From an uncultured Chloroflexia bacterium (lineage in GTDB: Bacteria > Chloroflexota > Limnocylindria > Limnocylindrales > CSP1-4), in NCBI GenBank assembly GCA_963712585.1, contig CAVQIH010000008.1:134585-198584 (forward strand): a stretch of 64,000 bases of DNA. Direction: 5' to 3'. Position 1 is the stretch's first letter, and the number at the start of each line of letters is the position of its first letter. Below the pieces are notes generated by a model. It did not search any database, had not been told where the DNA came from, and saw only the letters and a list, made by a program, of their open reading frames with translations. Of the stretch, positions 56,256-64,000 are shown piece after piece. A program made the position numbers and the translations under genes.

Positions 56256-56260
56256 AGGGA

Positions 56261-58220
56261 CTACGGCGCCGGCGTTGGCTCCGCTGGCGGCTCCGCAGAC
56301 GGCTCCGGTGACGGCTCGGGTGAGGGCGACGCCTCGGCCTTCTTGCCGATCAAGGTGAGGCCGTTCACCCGGGCATAGCGCGAGTAGAAGGTGTCCTCGC
56401 GGATGACCGTGCCGTTCTTGTCGCGGACGGTCCGGGTGACCCACGACTCGAAACCCGCGGTCGGGTACTCGAGCCGCTTGGACTGGCCGGGCTTGAGCGA
56501 GGTCGTGTACTCGGTCAGGTCGGACGCGGCACGGTAGTTCTTGATGATCGGCTCGGAGAACTCGACCGTGCGTCCGCTCGGCACGCTGTAGAAGTCGAAC
56601 CGGACCTTGCCCGGAGAGGCGTAGCCCCGGATCAGGATCGGGTAGTCGGTGTCGTTGCGGAAACGGACCGAGCGGGTGGTCCCACCGGTGATGTAGACCG
56701 TGGCATCGAGGCCGACCGGATAGCGCGAGATGTAGTAGTAGTGGGCCTCGCGCTCCAGGATCTCGTAGCCGGCGCGCACCGCAGCGTTGAAGAGGGTCGT
56801 CGAGCATGAGCAGATCCCGCCTCCGAGGGCGCCGGTGGGGCTCGTGCGGCCGTTGATGATCGCCCCGCCGTCGCGGTAGCCGGCCTCGTAGGTCGGGATA
56901 CCGACGACCTTCCAGAAGTCGAAGACCTCGCCGGGGGCGACGACCGTCCCGTCGATGACCCTGGCCGGGATGGTGATGTTCGCGGCGAACCCGTTGCGCT
57001 CGCTGACCTCGTAGTTGGTGGTCCAGGTCGAGACCCGGGTCATGAGCGGGGCGAGTTGCTCCGCCTCGGCTGTGGTCATCGCCGGGTCGACTTCGGTGAA
57101 GGCAAGCGCCACCGGCAGGTCGGTCTGCGCATAGGGCAACGTCCGCGCGAGCAGAGCGTCGCGGACGCGCTGGGCCGTCGCCGCGGCGTCGAGGGTCAGC
57201 CCGGGCTTCCCCGCCACGACGCCGACGACTTTGCCGTCCTTGCCGGTCAAGAAGCTGGCGCTCTTGGGTGCCCGCTCGATCTCGGTGGCGAGCTTCGCGA
57301 TGGCCGGCTCGATCAGGGTCGGATCGATCAGCGGACCGTAGCTACCGTCGGGTCGTGGTCCGATCGTCACCCAGCTGCGCACGGTCTTGGTGGCGATCGT
57401 CCAGTTGTCCTTCTCGTGCACCAGCGTGATGGGCCCGATCGCCCGCTGCGCGGCCGCCAGGGCCTGACGGGCGATCGGCATCGCTCACGACCGGGGCGAC
57501 CGGACTGTAGTAACCGTTCACGGTGATCCGCGGGGGAGCCGCCGAATCGCTCAGCGCGGCCAGGATCTCCGCCGCGGCCGCCTCCTGGTCCAGCCCACTC
57601 CCTGCGACGGCCGGCGTCACCCTCGAGCCATCGGCGAAGATGGCCGCGGTCGCGCTCAGGGCGGGCACGTCGGTCGTGGCCGCGATCGCGGCCACACGCT
57701 CGGCGACGCGCGCCGGGTCGAGGCGAACCTGCGGGTCGATCCGGGTCCCACGCAGGAAGGACCGGATGCCGTCGAGCGTCCGCTCGACGGCGCTACCGGT
57801 GTGCCCGACCGCCAGAGCCTCCGCCACCAGGGTGTCCGCGTCCGGCCCCCGGCCGACCTCCGCGAAGCCGATCTCCTGGGGACCGCTGCTTGTCTGGACG
57901 ACCACGACGCCCTGGCCGTAGCCGGCAAAGGCCTCCGTCAGCGCGGCCCGGGCATCGTCGGGACTCAGCCCGGAGAGGTCGACGGTGCCGACCCGGACAC
58001 CGGGCACGATGCGTCCCGCGTACGCCTGATCGAGGGCCACCAGCAGACCCGCGCCCAGCGCAGCAGCAGCAACGAAGCCGAAGGCGAACGCCGCGACGAC
58101 CCGAGCCCAGGGGATTCGGGTGGCCGGAAGCACAGCCTGCTCAGGGGCGGCGGGAAGGCTATCGGTCTGCGTGGTCATGACGGAGGGCCATCCTAGCAGC
58201 CGGCTGCCAAAGGCAGGCAC
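56261..58220 (-). pseudogene. VanW-family protein with N-terminal TM anchor, one frame break near 57478-57490 as assembled
   Basis: ORF 57342..58220 carries the TM helix and repeated domains and ends ...PPRITVNGYYSPVAPVVS. One frame over, ORF 56261..57481 continues as PIARQALAAAQRAIGPITLVH...GGGICSCSTTLFNAAVRAGYEILEREAHYYYISRYPVGLDATV (VanW core). Confidence 0.75.
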
Positions 58221-58282
58221 GACCCGTCGGTACCGGGGGATCCGCCGGAGCTCCTACGAGCGTCCCCGACCCCGGGGCAATC

Positions 58283-59383
58283 CTAGCCGCGGGGGAGGAC
58301 CACGATCCGCCGGTTCGGCTCCTCACCGATGGACTGCGTGGCAACGTCCGGATGGTCGCGCAGGGCGATGTGGATCCAGCGCCGCTCGAGGGCCGGCATC
58401 GGCTCGAGCTGGAGCATCTTGCCCGTCTCCGTGACGCGTTCGGCAGCCCGGCGAGCGATCTCGACGAGCTGCCGTTCGCGACGGCCACGGTAGTCCTCGA
58501 CGTCCACCAGAACGCGGGTCCACTCACCGATCCGGCGGGACAGCATCAGGTTCACCAGGTGCTGGAGCGCCGAGAGCCGCTCCCCCTTGCGACCGATGAG
58601 GGCCCCGAGCGCCTCTCGTTCGTCGCCCTCGCCGACCACATTGAGCCGGCTGGTCTCGCCCGCGGCGACCACGACCTTCACCTCGAACCCGAGATGACCC
58701 ATCAGCGCCTCGAGAATCTCCTTGCCGGCCGCCAGCGTCTCGGGGGAGGCTTCGGCGGCTTGGAGCTCCTCGCGCTCACGGGCAACCGAACGCGCCGCGG
58801 CCACCTCGGCCGCATCGGCCTCCGAGACTGCGGACTCACCACCGTAGGTGCGCTCCGGGCGCCGTCCGCGACCGTCCGGCGGGCGCTCGTCGCGCCGGGG
58901 CCGTTCTTCTCGGCGTCGCTCCGGAGCGGGTTCGGGCACGCGACGGGGCGCGACCTGGCGCTCATCCCGGACCGGAGGCATGTCGCGGACCGCAGGCTCA
59001 TCCCGGACCGGAGGCATGTCGCGGACCGGAGCCACGTCGGGGGCCGGGCGCTCATCCCGGACCGGAGGCTCGTCGCGCCGCGGCCGCGCGTCCCGGAAGC
59101 CGCCCCGGTCACGGTCGCGGCCGCCGCGCTCATGACCCTCACGGGCGGGCGGGGGTGGCAGCGGGCGAGCGGCGGCAGCCTCGCGCTTGGGGGCCGCCCC
59201 ACCGAGTTCCGAACGGGGAGCGGCAACGATCCGGGCCGGCTCGGCGCCCATTCCCAGGACGCCGCGGCTGCCGGGCGTCAGGATCTCGAAGTCGAGCTCG
59301 TCGAGGCCGACCCCAAACTCGTCTCGAGCGATGCGGAGGGCCTCCTCGACGGTCTTGCCAGTGAATTCGCGGTAGGCACTCAT
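58283..59383 (-). CDS. jag: Jag/KhpB-type RNA-binding protein (Jag_N, KH, R3H) with a long repeat-containing linker
   Basis: N-terminus MSAYREFTGKTVEEALRIARDEFGV; C-terminus LIGRKGERLSALQHLVNLML...EPMPALERRWIHIAL. The start lies 2 nt after the yidC stop. Confidence 0.85.
   Translation of the reverse strand: MSAYREFTGKTVEEALRIARDEFGVGLDELDFEILTPGSRGVLGMGAEPARIVAAPRSELGGAAPKREAAAARPLPPPPAREGHERGGRDRDRGGFRDARPRRDEPPVRDERPAPDVAPVRDMPPVRDEPAVRDMPPVRDERQVAPRRVPEPAPERRREERPRRDERPPDGRGRRPERTYGGESAVSEADAAEVAAARSVAREREELQAAEASPETLAAGKEILEALMGHLGFEVKVVVAAGETSRLNVVGEGDEREALGALIGRKGERLSALQHLVNLMLSRRIGEWTRVLVDVEDYRGRRERQLVEIARRAAERVTETGKMLQLEPMPALERRWIHIALRDHPDVATQSIGEEPNRRIVVLPRG
58960..59077. repeat. 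36-nt tandem repeat (2 full copies plus a third copy after an 18-nt spacer) inside the jag linker
   Basis: GCTCATCCCGGACCGGAGGCATGTCGCGGACCGCAG at 58960-58995, repeated at 58996-59031 (1-2 mismatches) and partially at 59050-59077. It encodes the PVRDMPPVRDE repeats. Confidence 0.8.
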
Positions 59384-59385
59384 GG

Positions 59386-60558
59386 TCAGCGTCTTCTCCC
59401 TCGGCGGCTCGTGCGGCCGCTTCTCTCGCGGGGGCGGACGGTCGACGCGGCCGAGGCGGCTCGATCGGTGGCCGTGCGCGATGGGGTTGGCTTGGCAGGT
59501 CCACTGCCCGAGGATCGGGGCGGGGCGGACGGGAGCGCGACGGGGAACCGGGGCGTGTGGTTCTGGGCGAACCCCGGCGTCCAGCCGCGGACCGGGAAGA
59601 GGGACCCCCACCCGACGATGAGGTACTGCTGCACGACGGAGAAGACCGTCGTGACGATCCAGTAGATGAAGAGGCCGGCCGGGAGGATCCCGCCGTACAG
59701 GATCGAGAAGAGCGGCAGGAGGAGGAACGTCTGCTGCTGCATGCGAGCGCTCGAGTCACTCCCGGTTGCCTGGGGCATGACCATCCGGGTCTGGACCAGC
59801 TGCAGGAGGGCCGAAGCGACGGCCAGCAGGCTCAGCCCGAAGCCGACGATGGTGAGGGTGATCTCGGGCTTGCCCACGTCAAGGTTGCCCAGCCACCAGA
59901 TGACGGTGTTGATGCAGGGCTTGGCGATGTCCACCGTGCCATTGACGACGTTGCTGCAGTGGAGCGGAACCACTTGGGTGCCGAAGACCTTCAACAACGC
60001 GCTCGGGTCGTAGTTCGTCAACCCGTCACGGATCACCGAGTACATCGGGATCAGGAGGAACATCGTCAGGATCGTCGGCAGGCAACCCTGGAGCGGGTTG
60101 ACGCCTCGCTCCTTGTAGAGCTGCATCTGTTGCTCGCTGACCTTGGAGCGATCGCCCCGGTACCGCTTGCGGATCTCGTTGATCTCGGGTTGCAGGAGCT
60201 GCATCCGGCGCTGGGAGACGATCTGGCGCCGGAAGACCGGCACCAGCAGGACCCGCACCACGAGGGTCATGACGACGATGGCGACGCCGATGTCGCCGAA
60301 GACGTCGTAGAGGCCGACGAGGAGGATGAAGAGGGCCTGGAAGATGGGGGTGAAGAGCCAGGCCAGCAGGCTGACCGGGTCGGCACCCGGCTGGGCGATC
60401 ACCAGCGGCGTCGGCCGGGGGGTGGCCGGGACGCTCGCCCCCGGCGAGGCGCCGGGGCCAGTCGTGGTGGCCGGGACGCAGGCGGCAACGAGGAGCATGA
60501 GGGCGCCGAGCAGGAGGATCGTCAGGATCCAGGCGCGACGCGATCGGGGAAGGCTCAC
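59386..60558 (-). CDS. yidC: membrane protein insertase YidC
   Basis: Lipoprotein-like N-terminus (LLVAAC), then PVFRRQIVSQRRMQLLQPEINEIRKRYRGD...GVNPLQGCLPTILTMFLLIPMY and a basic C-terminal tail. Confidence 0.9.
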   Translation of the reverse strand: MSLPRSRRAWILTILLLGALMLLVAACVPATTTGPGASPGASVPATPRPTPLVIAQPGADPVSLLAWLFTPIFQALFILLVGLYDVFGDIGVAIVVMTLVVRVLLVPVFRRQIVSQRRMQLLQPEINEIRKRYRGDRSKVSEQQMQLYKERGVNPLQGCLPTILTMFLLIPMYSVIRDGLTNYDPSALLKVFGTQVVPLHCSNVVNGTVDIAKPCINTVIWWLGNLDVGKPEITLTIVGFGLSLLAVASALLQLVQTRMVMPQATGSDSSARMQQQTFLLLPLFSILYGGILPAGLFIYWIVTTVFSVVQQYLIVGWGSLFPVRGWTPGFAQNHTPRFPVALPSAPPRSSGSGPAKPTPSRTATDRAASAASTVRPRERSGRTSRRGRRR

Positions 60559-60574
60559 GGGTTGAACGTCCTCG

Positions 60575-60781
60575 CTAGCGGACCGGATCGTAGCCGCCGG
60601 GATTCCAGGGCCCGCACCGGGCGATCCGCTTCATCCCCAGCCAGGTCCCCTTGAGCAGGCCGTATCTGCGGATCGCCTCCTCGGTGTATCGCGAGCAGGT
60701 GGGCTCGAACCGGCAGCTGGGGGGCAGCCAGGAGAAGACGACCCGGTAGAGCCTGATCAGCCCGATCCCGATCGACTTCAC
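60575..60781 (-). CDS. yidD: membrane protein insertion efficiency factor YidD
   Basis: LIRLYRVVFSWLPPSCRFEPTCSRYTEEAIRRYGLLKGTWLGMKRIARCGPWNPGGYDPV. Confidence 0.93.
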   Translation of the reverse strand: MKSIGIGLIRLYRVVFSWLPPSCRFEPTCSRYTEEAIRRYGLLKGTWLGMKRIARCGPWNPGGYDPVR

Positions 60782-61113
60782 GAGTCGTTTCGACCTCCTA
60801 TGACGCCCCCCTCGCGGAGGAGCCGGCCCAGCACGCCTACCAGAGTCTCGGAGCCGGCCTCGACGATGCCTGGCCGGGCCACGAGGAGGACGTCCCAGCC
60901 CGGCTCGAACGTCGACCCCATCGCTCGTAACGCCTCACGGAGCCGCCGCCGAACCCGATTCCGGGTCACCGCGCCCCCGAGTCGCCGCCCGACCGAGAAA
61001 CCGAACCGGGTTACCCCGAGATCCGTCCTTCGGAACCGCGCGGCGAGGAACCCGTGAGATCGACTCGTGCCTGCACGCTGGAGCGCCGCGAAGTCCGATG
61101 TTCGGACGAGCAT
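60778..61113 (-). CDS. rnpA: ribonuclease P protein component
   Basis: FGFSVGRRLGGAVTRNRVRRRLREALR (RNR motif). The start is set at the ATG after the rpmH stop. GTGA overlap with yidD. Confidence 0.85.
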   Translation of the reverse strand: MLVRTSDFAALQRAGTSRSHGFLAARFRRTDLGVTRFGFSVGRRLGGAVTRNRVRRRLREALRAMGSTFEPGWDVLLVARPGIVEAGSETLVGVLGRLLREGGVIGGRNDS

Positions 61114-61148
61114 GACGAGACGCGGCGAGTTGTGGCCGCGCTCGTCGG

Positions 61149-61283
61149 TCAGACGGTCAGCCTCTTGCGGCCTCGAGCCCGTCGGCTGGCGAGCACGCGC
61201 CGGCCGCCCGTGGTCTTCATCCGAGCGCGAAAGCCGTGCTCCTTGGCGCGATGCCGCTTCTTGGGCTGGTAGGTCTGCTTCAT
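61149..61283 (-). CDS. rpmH: 50S ribosomal protein L34
   Basis: [44 protein letters not shown]. Confidence 0.96.
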   Translation of the reverse strand: MKQTYQPKKRHRAKEHGFRARMKTTGGRRVLASRRARGRKRLTV

Positions 61284-61396
61284 CGGGGTGGTCTGGGATC
61301 CTCTGCATCCGGCCTCGGGGACTGGAGTTCTTGCCCCGTAAGGCACGCAGACGCGCCTGGCGCATGGGAGCGCGTCGGCGCGTCATCGTCCGGCGG

Positions 61397-61426
61397 ATTA
61401 TATGGACGCCCGAGAACGGGTGTCAA
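61397..61426 (-). promoter_or_regulatory. consensus promoter TTGACA-18-TATAAT for rpmH-rnpA-yidD-yidC-jag
   Basis: On the minus strand, -35 TTGACA at 61421-61426 and -10 TATAAT at 61397-61402. Both hexamers are perfect, about 110 nt upstream of rpmH. Confidence 0.6.
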
Positions 61427-61509
61427 ACGTAGGGTGACCCTCGCCAGCCGCCCGGGCTCCTCTGGACCGCCTCCGACGACCGGCAGCGAGCGGCCCTCCG
61501 TGGAGACAC

Positions 61510-61534
61510 CCTTATACTCCCATGGAGTATAAGG
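61510..61534. promoter_or_regulatory. AT-rich perfect inverted repeat CCTTATACTCC-CAT-GGAGTATAAGG upstream of dnaA
   Basis: 11-bp arms. Each arm carries a TATACT hexamer, one per strand (61513-61518 plus, 61526-61531 minus). It lies 245 nt upstream of the dnaA ATG. Confidence 0.45.
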
Positions 61535-61777
61535 AATCATCGACCCGGAAGCCTTGCGACGGCCGCCGGGGCGGTGCTATTCTTCGGCGGCCCCCGGCGC
61601 CGGGACGCACGTGGGCACTCCCCCAGAGGAGGGGAGGAGCCCGAAGAGCCCCGCCGCCATCTGGCCCGTTCGGTCGACCAGCCGCGGGCCGTGTCCGAGC
61701 CTCTCAGCGTGCCCCTTCCCCCGCGCTCTGCGTCGAATGTCGTCCACTTCCGAAACCGCACGGATCGCATCGTATCG

Positions 61778-63130
61778 ATGGACGCGAAGCAAGTCTGGCG
61801 CGCCGCCCTGGGAGAGCTCCAGGTGGCCCTTTCGCCTGCCAACTACGAGACCTGGCTGCGTCAGACCGCGCTCATCGACGTCGAGGACAACCGCTTCAGG
61901 ATCGCGGTCCCCAACGGGTTCGCCAAGGATTGGCTCGAGCAGCGGTACCGCCCGCTGATCTCCCAGACACTGGCCCGCGTCGTGGGCTACAGCGTCGTCG
62001 TCGAGTTCGTCGTGCGAGCGGAGCCCGAGATCGCGGGCACCCCTCCGCCCGGCTCGCTGCAGACCGTTCGGGTCGAGGCCTCTCGCGTCGGCGGCGAGGG
62101 CGGGGCGACGAATGTCAATCCGCGCTACACCTTCGCCAACTTCATCGTCGGCTCGGCGAACCGGCTCGCCCACGCAGCGAGCCTCTCCGTCGCTGAGCGG
62201 CCAGGCCACGCCTACAACCCGCTCTTCCTGTACGGAGGGGTCGGTCTCGGCAAGACGCACCTGATGCATGCCATCGGGAACCACGTGGTGACCAGGTTCC
62301 CGCGCAAGAAGGTCGTCTACGCCACGAGCGAGAAGTTCACCAACGAGTTCATCACCAGCATCCAGCAAGGCAAGATCGACGAGTTCCGCAATCGCTACCG
62401 GCGGATCGACCTCCTCCTGATCGACGACATCCAGTTCATCGCCGACAAGGAGCGAACCCAGGAGGAGTTCTTCCACACCTTCAACGCGATCCACGAGGAC
62501 GGCAAGCAGATCGTCCTCTCGTCCGACCGCCCGCCCAAGCAGATCACGACGCTGGAGGAACGGCTCCGCAGCCGCTTCGAGTGGGGGCTCATCGCCGACC
62601 TCACTGCACCGGACCTCGAGACGCGGATCGCCATCCTCCGGGCGAAGGCCGAGGAGGGAGCCGTCCCCATCGGGTCCGACGTGATCGAGTTCATTGCCCG
62701 CAAAGTGGTCAGCAACATCCGCGAGCTCGAGGGGGCCCTCAACCGGGTCGTCGCCTTCGCCAGCATGAACGCCCAGCCGATCGGGATCGAGCTCGCCCAA
62801 TCCGTCCTATCGAACGTTCTCTACAACCCGAAGAAGCGCCAGGTGACACCGGAGCGCATCGCCAAGGCGGTCGCCGACTACTACGGTGTCCAGCTCGACG
62901 CGCTCAAGGGCCAGAAGCGCGACAAGGCCATCGTCGTCCCCCGCCAGATCGCCATGTACCTGATGCGGGCCGAGACAGACGTGTCGTTGCTGCGGATCGG
63001 GGCTGAGCTCGGCGGTCGTGACCACTCAACGGTCCTCCACGCCTGCGACAAGATCAACCGCGAGTCGGCCATGAATGACGAGCTGCGCCGTGACATCGCG
63101 GCCGTCCGCGAGCTGATCTACGCCGACTGA
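61778..63130 (+). CDS. dnaA: chromosomal replication initiator DnaA
   Basis: MDAKQVWRAALGELQVALSPANYETWL...NPLFLYGGVGLGKTHLMHAIGN...LLIDDIQF...DLTAPDLETRIAILR...IAMYLMRAETDVSLLRIGAELGGRDHSTVLHA. The start is set at the canonical N-terminus rather than the longer track ORF. Confidence 0.95.
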   Translation: MDAKQVWRAALGELQVALSPANYETWLRQTALIDVEDNRFRIAVPNGFAKDWLEQRYRPLISQTLARVVGYSVVVEFVVRAEPEIAGTPPPGSLQTVRVEASRVGGEGGATNVNPRYTFANFIVGSANRLAHAASLSVAERPGHAYNPLFLYGGVGLGKTHLMHAIGNHVVTRFPRKKVVYATSEKFTNEFITSIQQGKIDEFRNRYRRIDLLLIDDIQFIADKERTQEEFFHTFNAIHEDGKQIVLSSDRPPKQITTLEERLRSRFEWGLIADLTAPDLETRIAILRAKAEEGAVPIGSDVIEFIARKVVSNIRELEGALNRVVAFASMNAQPIGIELAQSVLSNVLYNPKKRQVTPERIAKAVADYYGVQLDALKGQKRDKAIVVPRQIAMYLMRAETDVSLLRIGAELGGRDHSTVLHACDKINRESAMNDELRRDIAAVRELIYAD

Positions 63131-63178
63131 TCGCGCATCCGCCCGTTCTCCAGCGACGGGCCTCCCCGAACCCCTGGC

Positions 63179-63469
63179 TGTGGATAAGCGCCTGATTCCG
63201 GTGGAAAACCCCCACCGGCTGTGGACAAGCCGGTCCGGGACCACCGCTTGGCCGTCCGTCGAGTCAGGCTGCCCAGTCTCGGTCATCCCCACACTGGACA
63301 CCATTCCGTCCGCCATCTGGCCTGGGTTCGTCCACCGCAGCCGCTTGGTTACTGACAGCCGCCCGACGTTCGGACGAGCGGGACTCTCCACGGCATCCAC
63401 ACCCTGATGACGGCGGCGGCGAGGTGAGAAGATACCGAGAACACTCACGACCGGGAGATTCGTGGATCC
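63179..63469. other. oriC: oriC candidate: DnaA-box cluster in the dnaA-dnaN spacer
   Basis: Boxes (9-mers versus TTATCCACA / TTGTCCACA): TGTGGATAA 63179-63187 (9/9, reverse), TGTGGACAA 63230-63238 (perfect TTGTCCACA, reverse), GGTGGAAAA 63200-63208 (7/9), TCGTCCACC 63328-63336 (7/9), GCATCCACA 63393-63401 (7/9), and a weaker CGTGGAT at 63461-63467. Confidence 0.7.
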
Positions 63470-63512
63470 CGCGCGGCGGTCCCGCTGGGCTTTGGGGAGT
63501 GCGACCAACGTG

Positions 63513-64000
63513 ATGAAGCTCTCAGTCATCCAAGAGAACCTCGCCCGTGGCCTGCAAGTCGTGAGCCACGCCGTCTCGACGCGGAACGCCCTGCCCGTCC
63601 TCGCCAACGTCCTCCTCAAGACCGAGGACGGGGGGCTCAAGCTGACCTCGACAAATCTCGAGATCGGGATCACCTGCTGGGTCCCGGGGCGAGTCGACGA
63701 GGACGGAGCCATCACCGTGCCGGCCAAACTCCTCGCCGATTGGGTGAACGGCTTACCGAGCTCGACCGAGAAGATCGACCTCGAGCTCCTGAACGGCGAT
63801 CGGCTCCATCTCAGCAGTGGGCGGTTCGAAACGCACCTCAAGGGAATCTCTGCGGATGAGTTCCCGGCGATCCCTGCGGCAGGAGAGCGCCCCACAACAC
63901 GGATCCCCCAGAAGGCCCTTCGCCGTGCGCTCGAGGAAGTCGCCTTTGCGGCCGCTACCGAGGAGGCCAGACCGATCCTGACAGGCGTCCTGACCCGCTT
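63513..64000 (+). CDS. dnaN: DNA polymerase III beta sliding clamp, 3'-partial
   Basis: MKLSVIQENLARGLQVVSHAVSTRNALPVLANVLLKTEDGGLKLTSTNLEIGITCWV...ARPILTGVL. The frame is open to the window end, so it is absent from the ORF track. Confidence 0.93.
   Translation, partial: MKLSVIQENLARGLQVVSHAVSTRNALPVLANVLLKTEDGGLKLTSTNLEIGITCWVPGRVDEDGAITVPAKLLADWVNGLPSSTEKIDLELLNGDRLHLSSGRFETHLKGISADEFPAIPAAGERPTTRIPQKALRRALEEVAFAAATEEARPILTGVLTR

Noticed and set aside
55721-56260. Genomic island or prophage integrated at the tmRNA 3' end.
   Set aside because: There is no integrase-like ORF, no direct repeat of the tmRNA 3' terminus in the window, and no shift in base composition. The next gene (vanW) is ordinary.
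58960-59077. Direct repeats that could be mistaken for a mini CRISPR array.
   Set aside because: The units are contiguous (no spacers between the first two), in frame inside jag, and encode a peptide repeat. There are no cas genes.

Overview
Very GC-rich (roughly 70% by eye) origin-proximal chromosome segment from a bacterium with actinobacterial-style synteny (rpmE-prfA-prmC ... wecA-atp operon-murA). I cannot name the taxon. All protein calls come from recognising family motifs in the translations; no database search was possible.

Gene content is almost entirely housekeeping:
- Left end, plus strand: tadC, DUF192, comF, hpf. Then an ArsR/DUF2087 regulator, nfo, a GT39-like glycosyltransferase and an XRE regulator.
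- 7.0-34.6 kb, one long minus-strand run: UPF0104 membrane protein, PHP, mreB, murA, the full F1Fo ATP synthase operon (atpZ-B-E-F-H-A-G-D-C), wecA, glyA, a Cof-type HAD, prmC, prfA, DUF1385, rpmE, rpmA, rplU, a cupredoxin plus FTR1 iron permease, a DUF2344 plus radical-SAM pair, rodA, mrdA and mreD.
- 35.0-55.7 kb, plus-strand block: parS, parA, parB, gyrB, a PaaI thioesterase, an AlkD-like protein, gyrA, prs, a small membrane ORF, secA, DUF218, a Cys-rich small ORF, prfB (classical +1 frameshift), GNAT, ftsE, ftsX, ctpA, smpB and tmRNA.
- Right end: vanW, jag, yidC, yidD, rnpA and rpmH on the minus strand, then dnaA, a DnaA-box cluster (oriC) and the start of dnaN.
- I saw no rRNA, tRNA, IS element, prophage or CRISPR array.

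Most noteworthy observations:
1. An unclassifiable 8-cysteine 74-aa ORF has its own promoter and operator-like palindrome, and its TAG stop abuts the prfB start codon.
2. An orphan unit of about 300 bp between ctpA and smpB is bracketed by GC hairpins. It carries a promoter-like element and a 12-nt perfect Shine-Dalgarno with only micro-ORFs behind it.
3. A 1.9-kb zone has about 15 single-base indels that shred glyA and wecA. Isolated +1 insertions also break tadC, comF, vanW and one unknown ORF. This is most likely an assembly-quality problem, so every frameshift claim here is provisional.
4. The origin-proximal gene order looks rearranged. A 21-kb essential-gene block lies head-on to oriC, and parAB-parS are displaced from the rpmH-jag cluster.

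I found no clear multi-gene novel system such as a defence or mobile element; the candidates above are small-scale.
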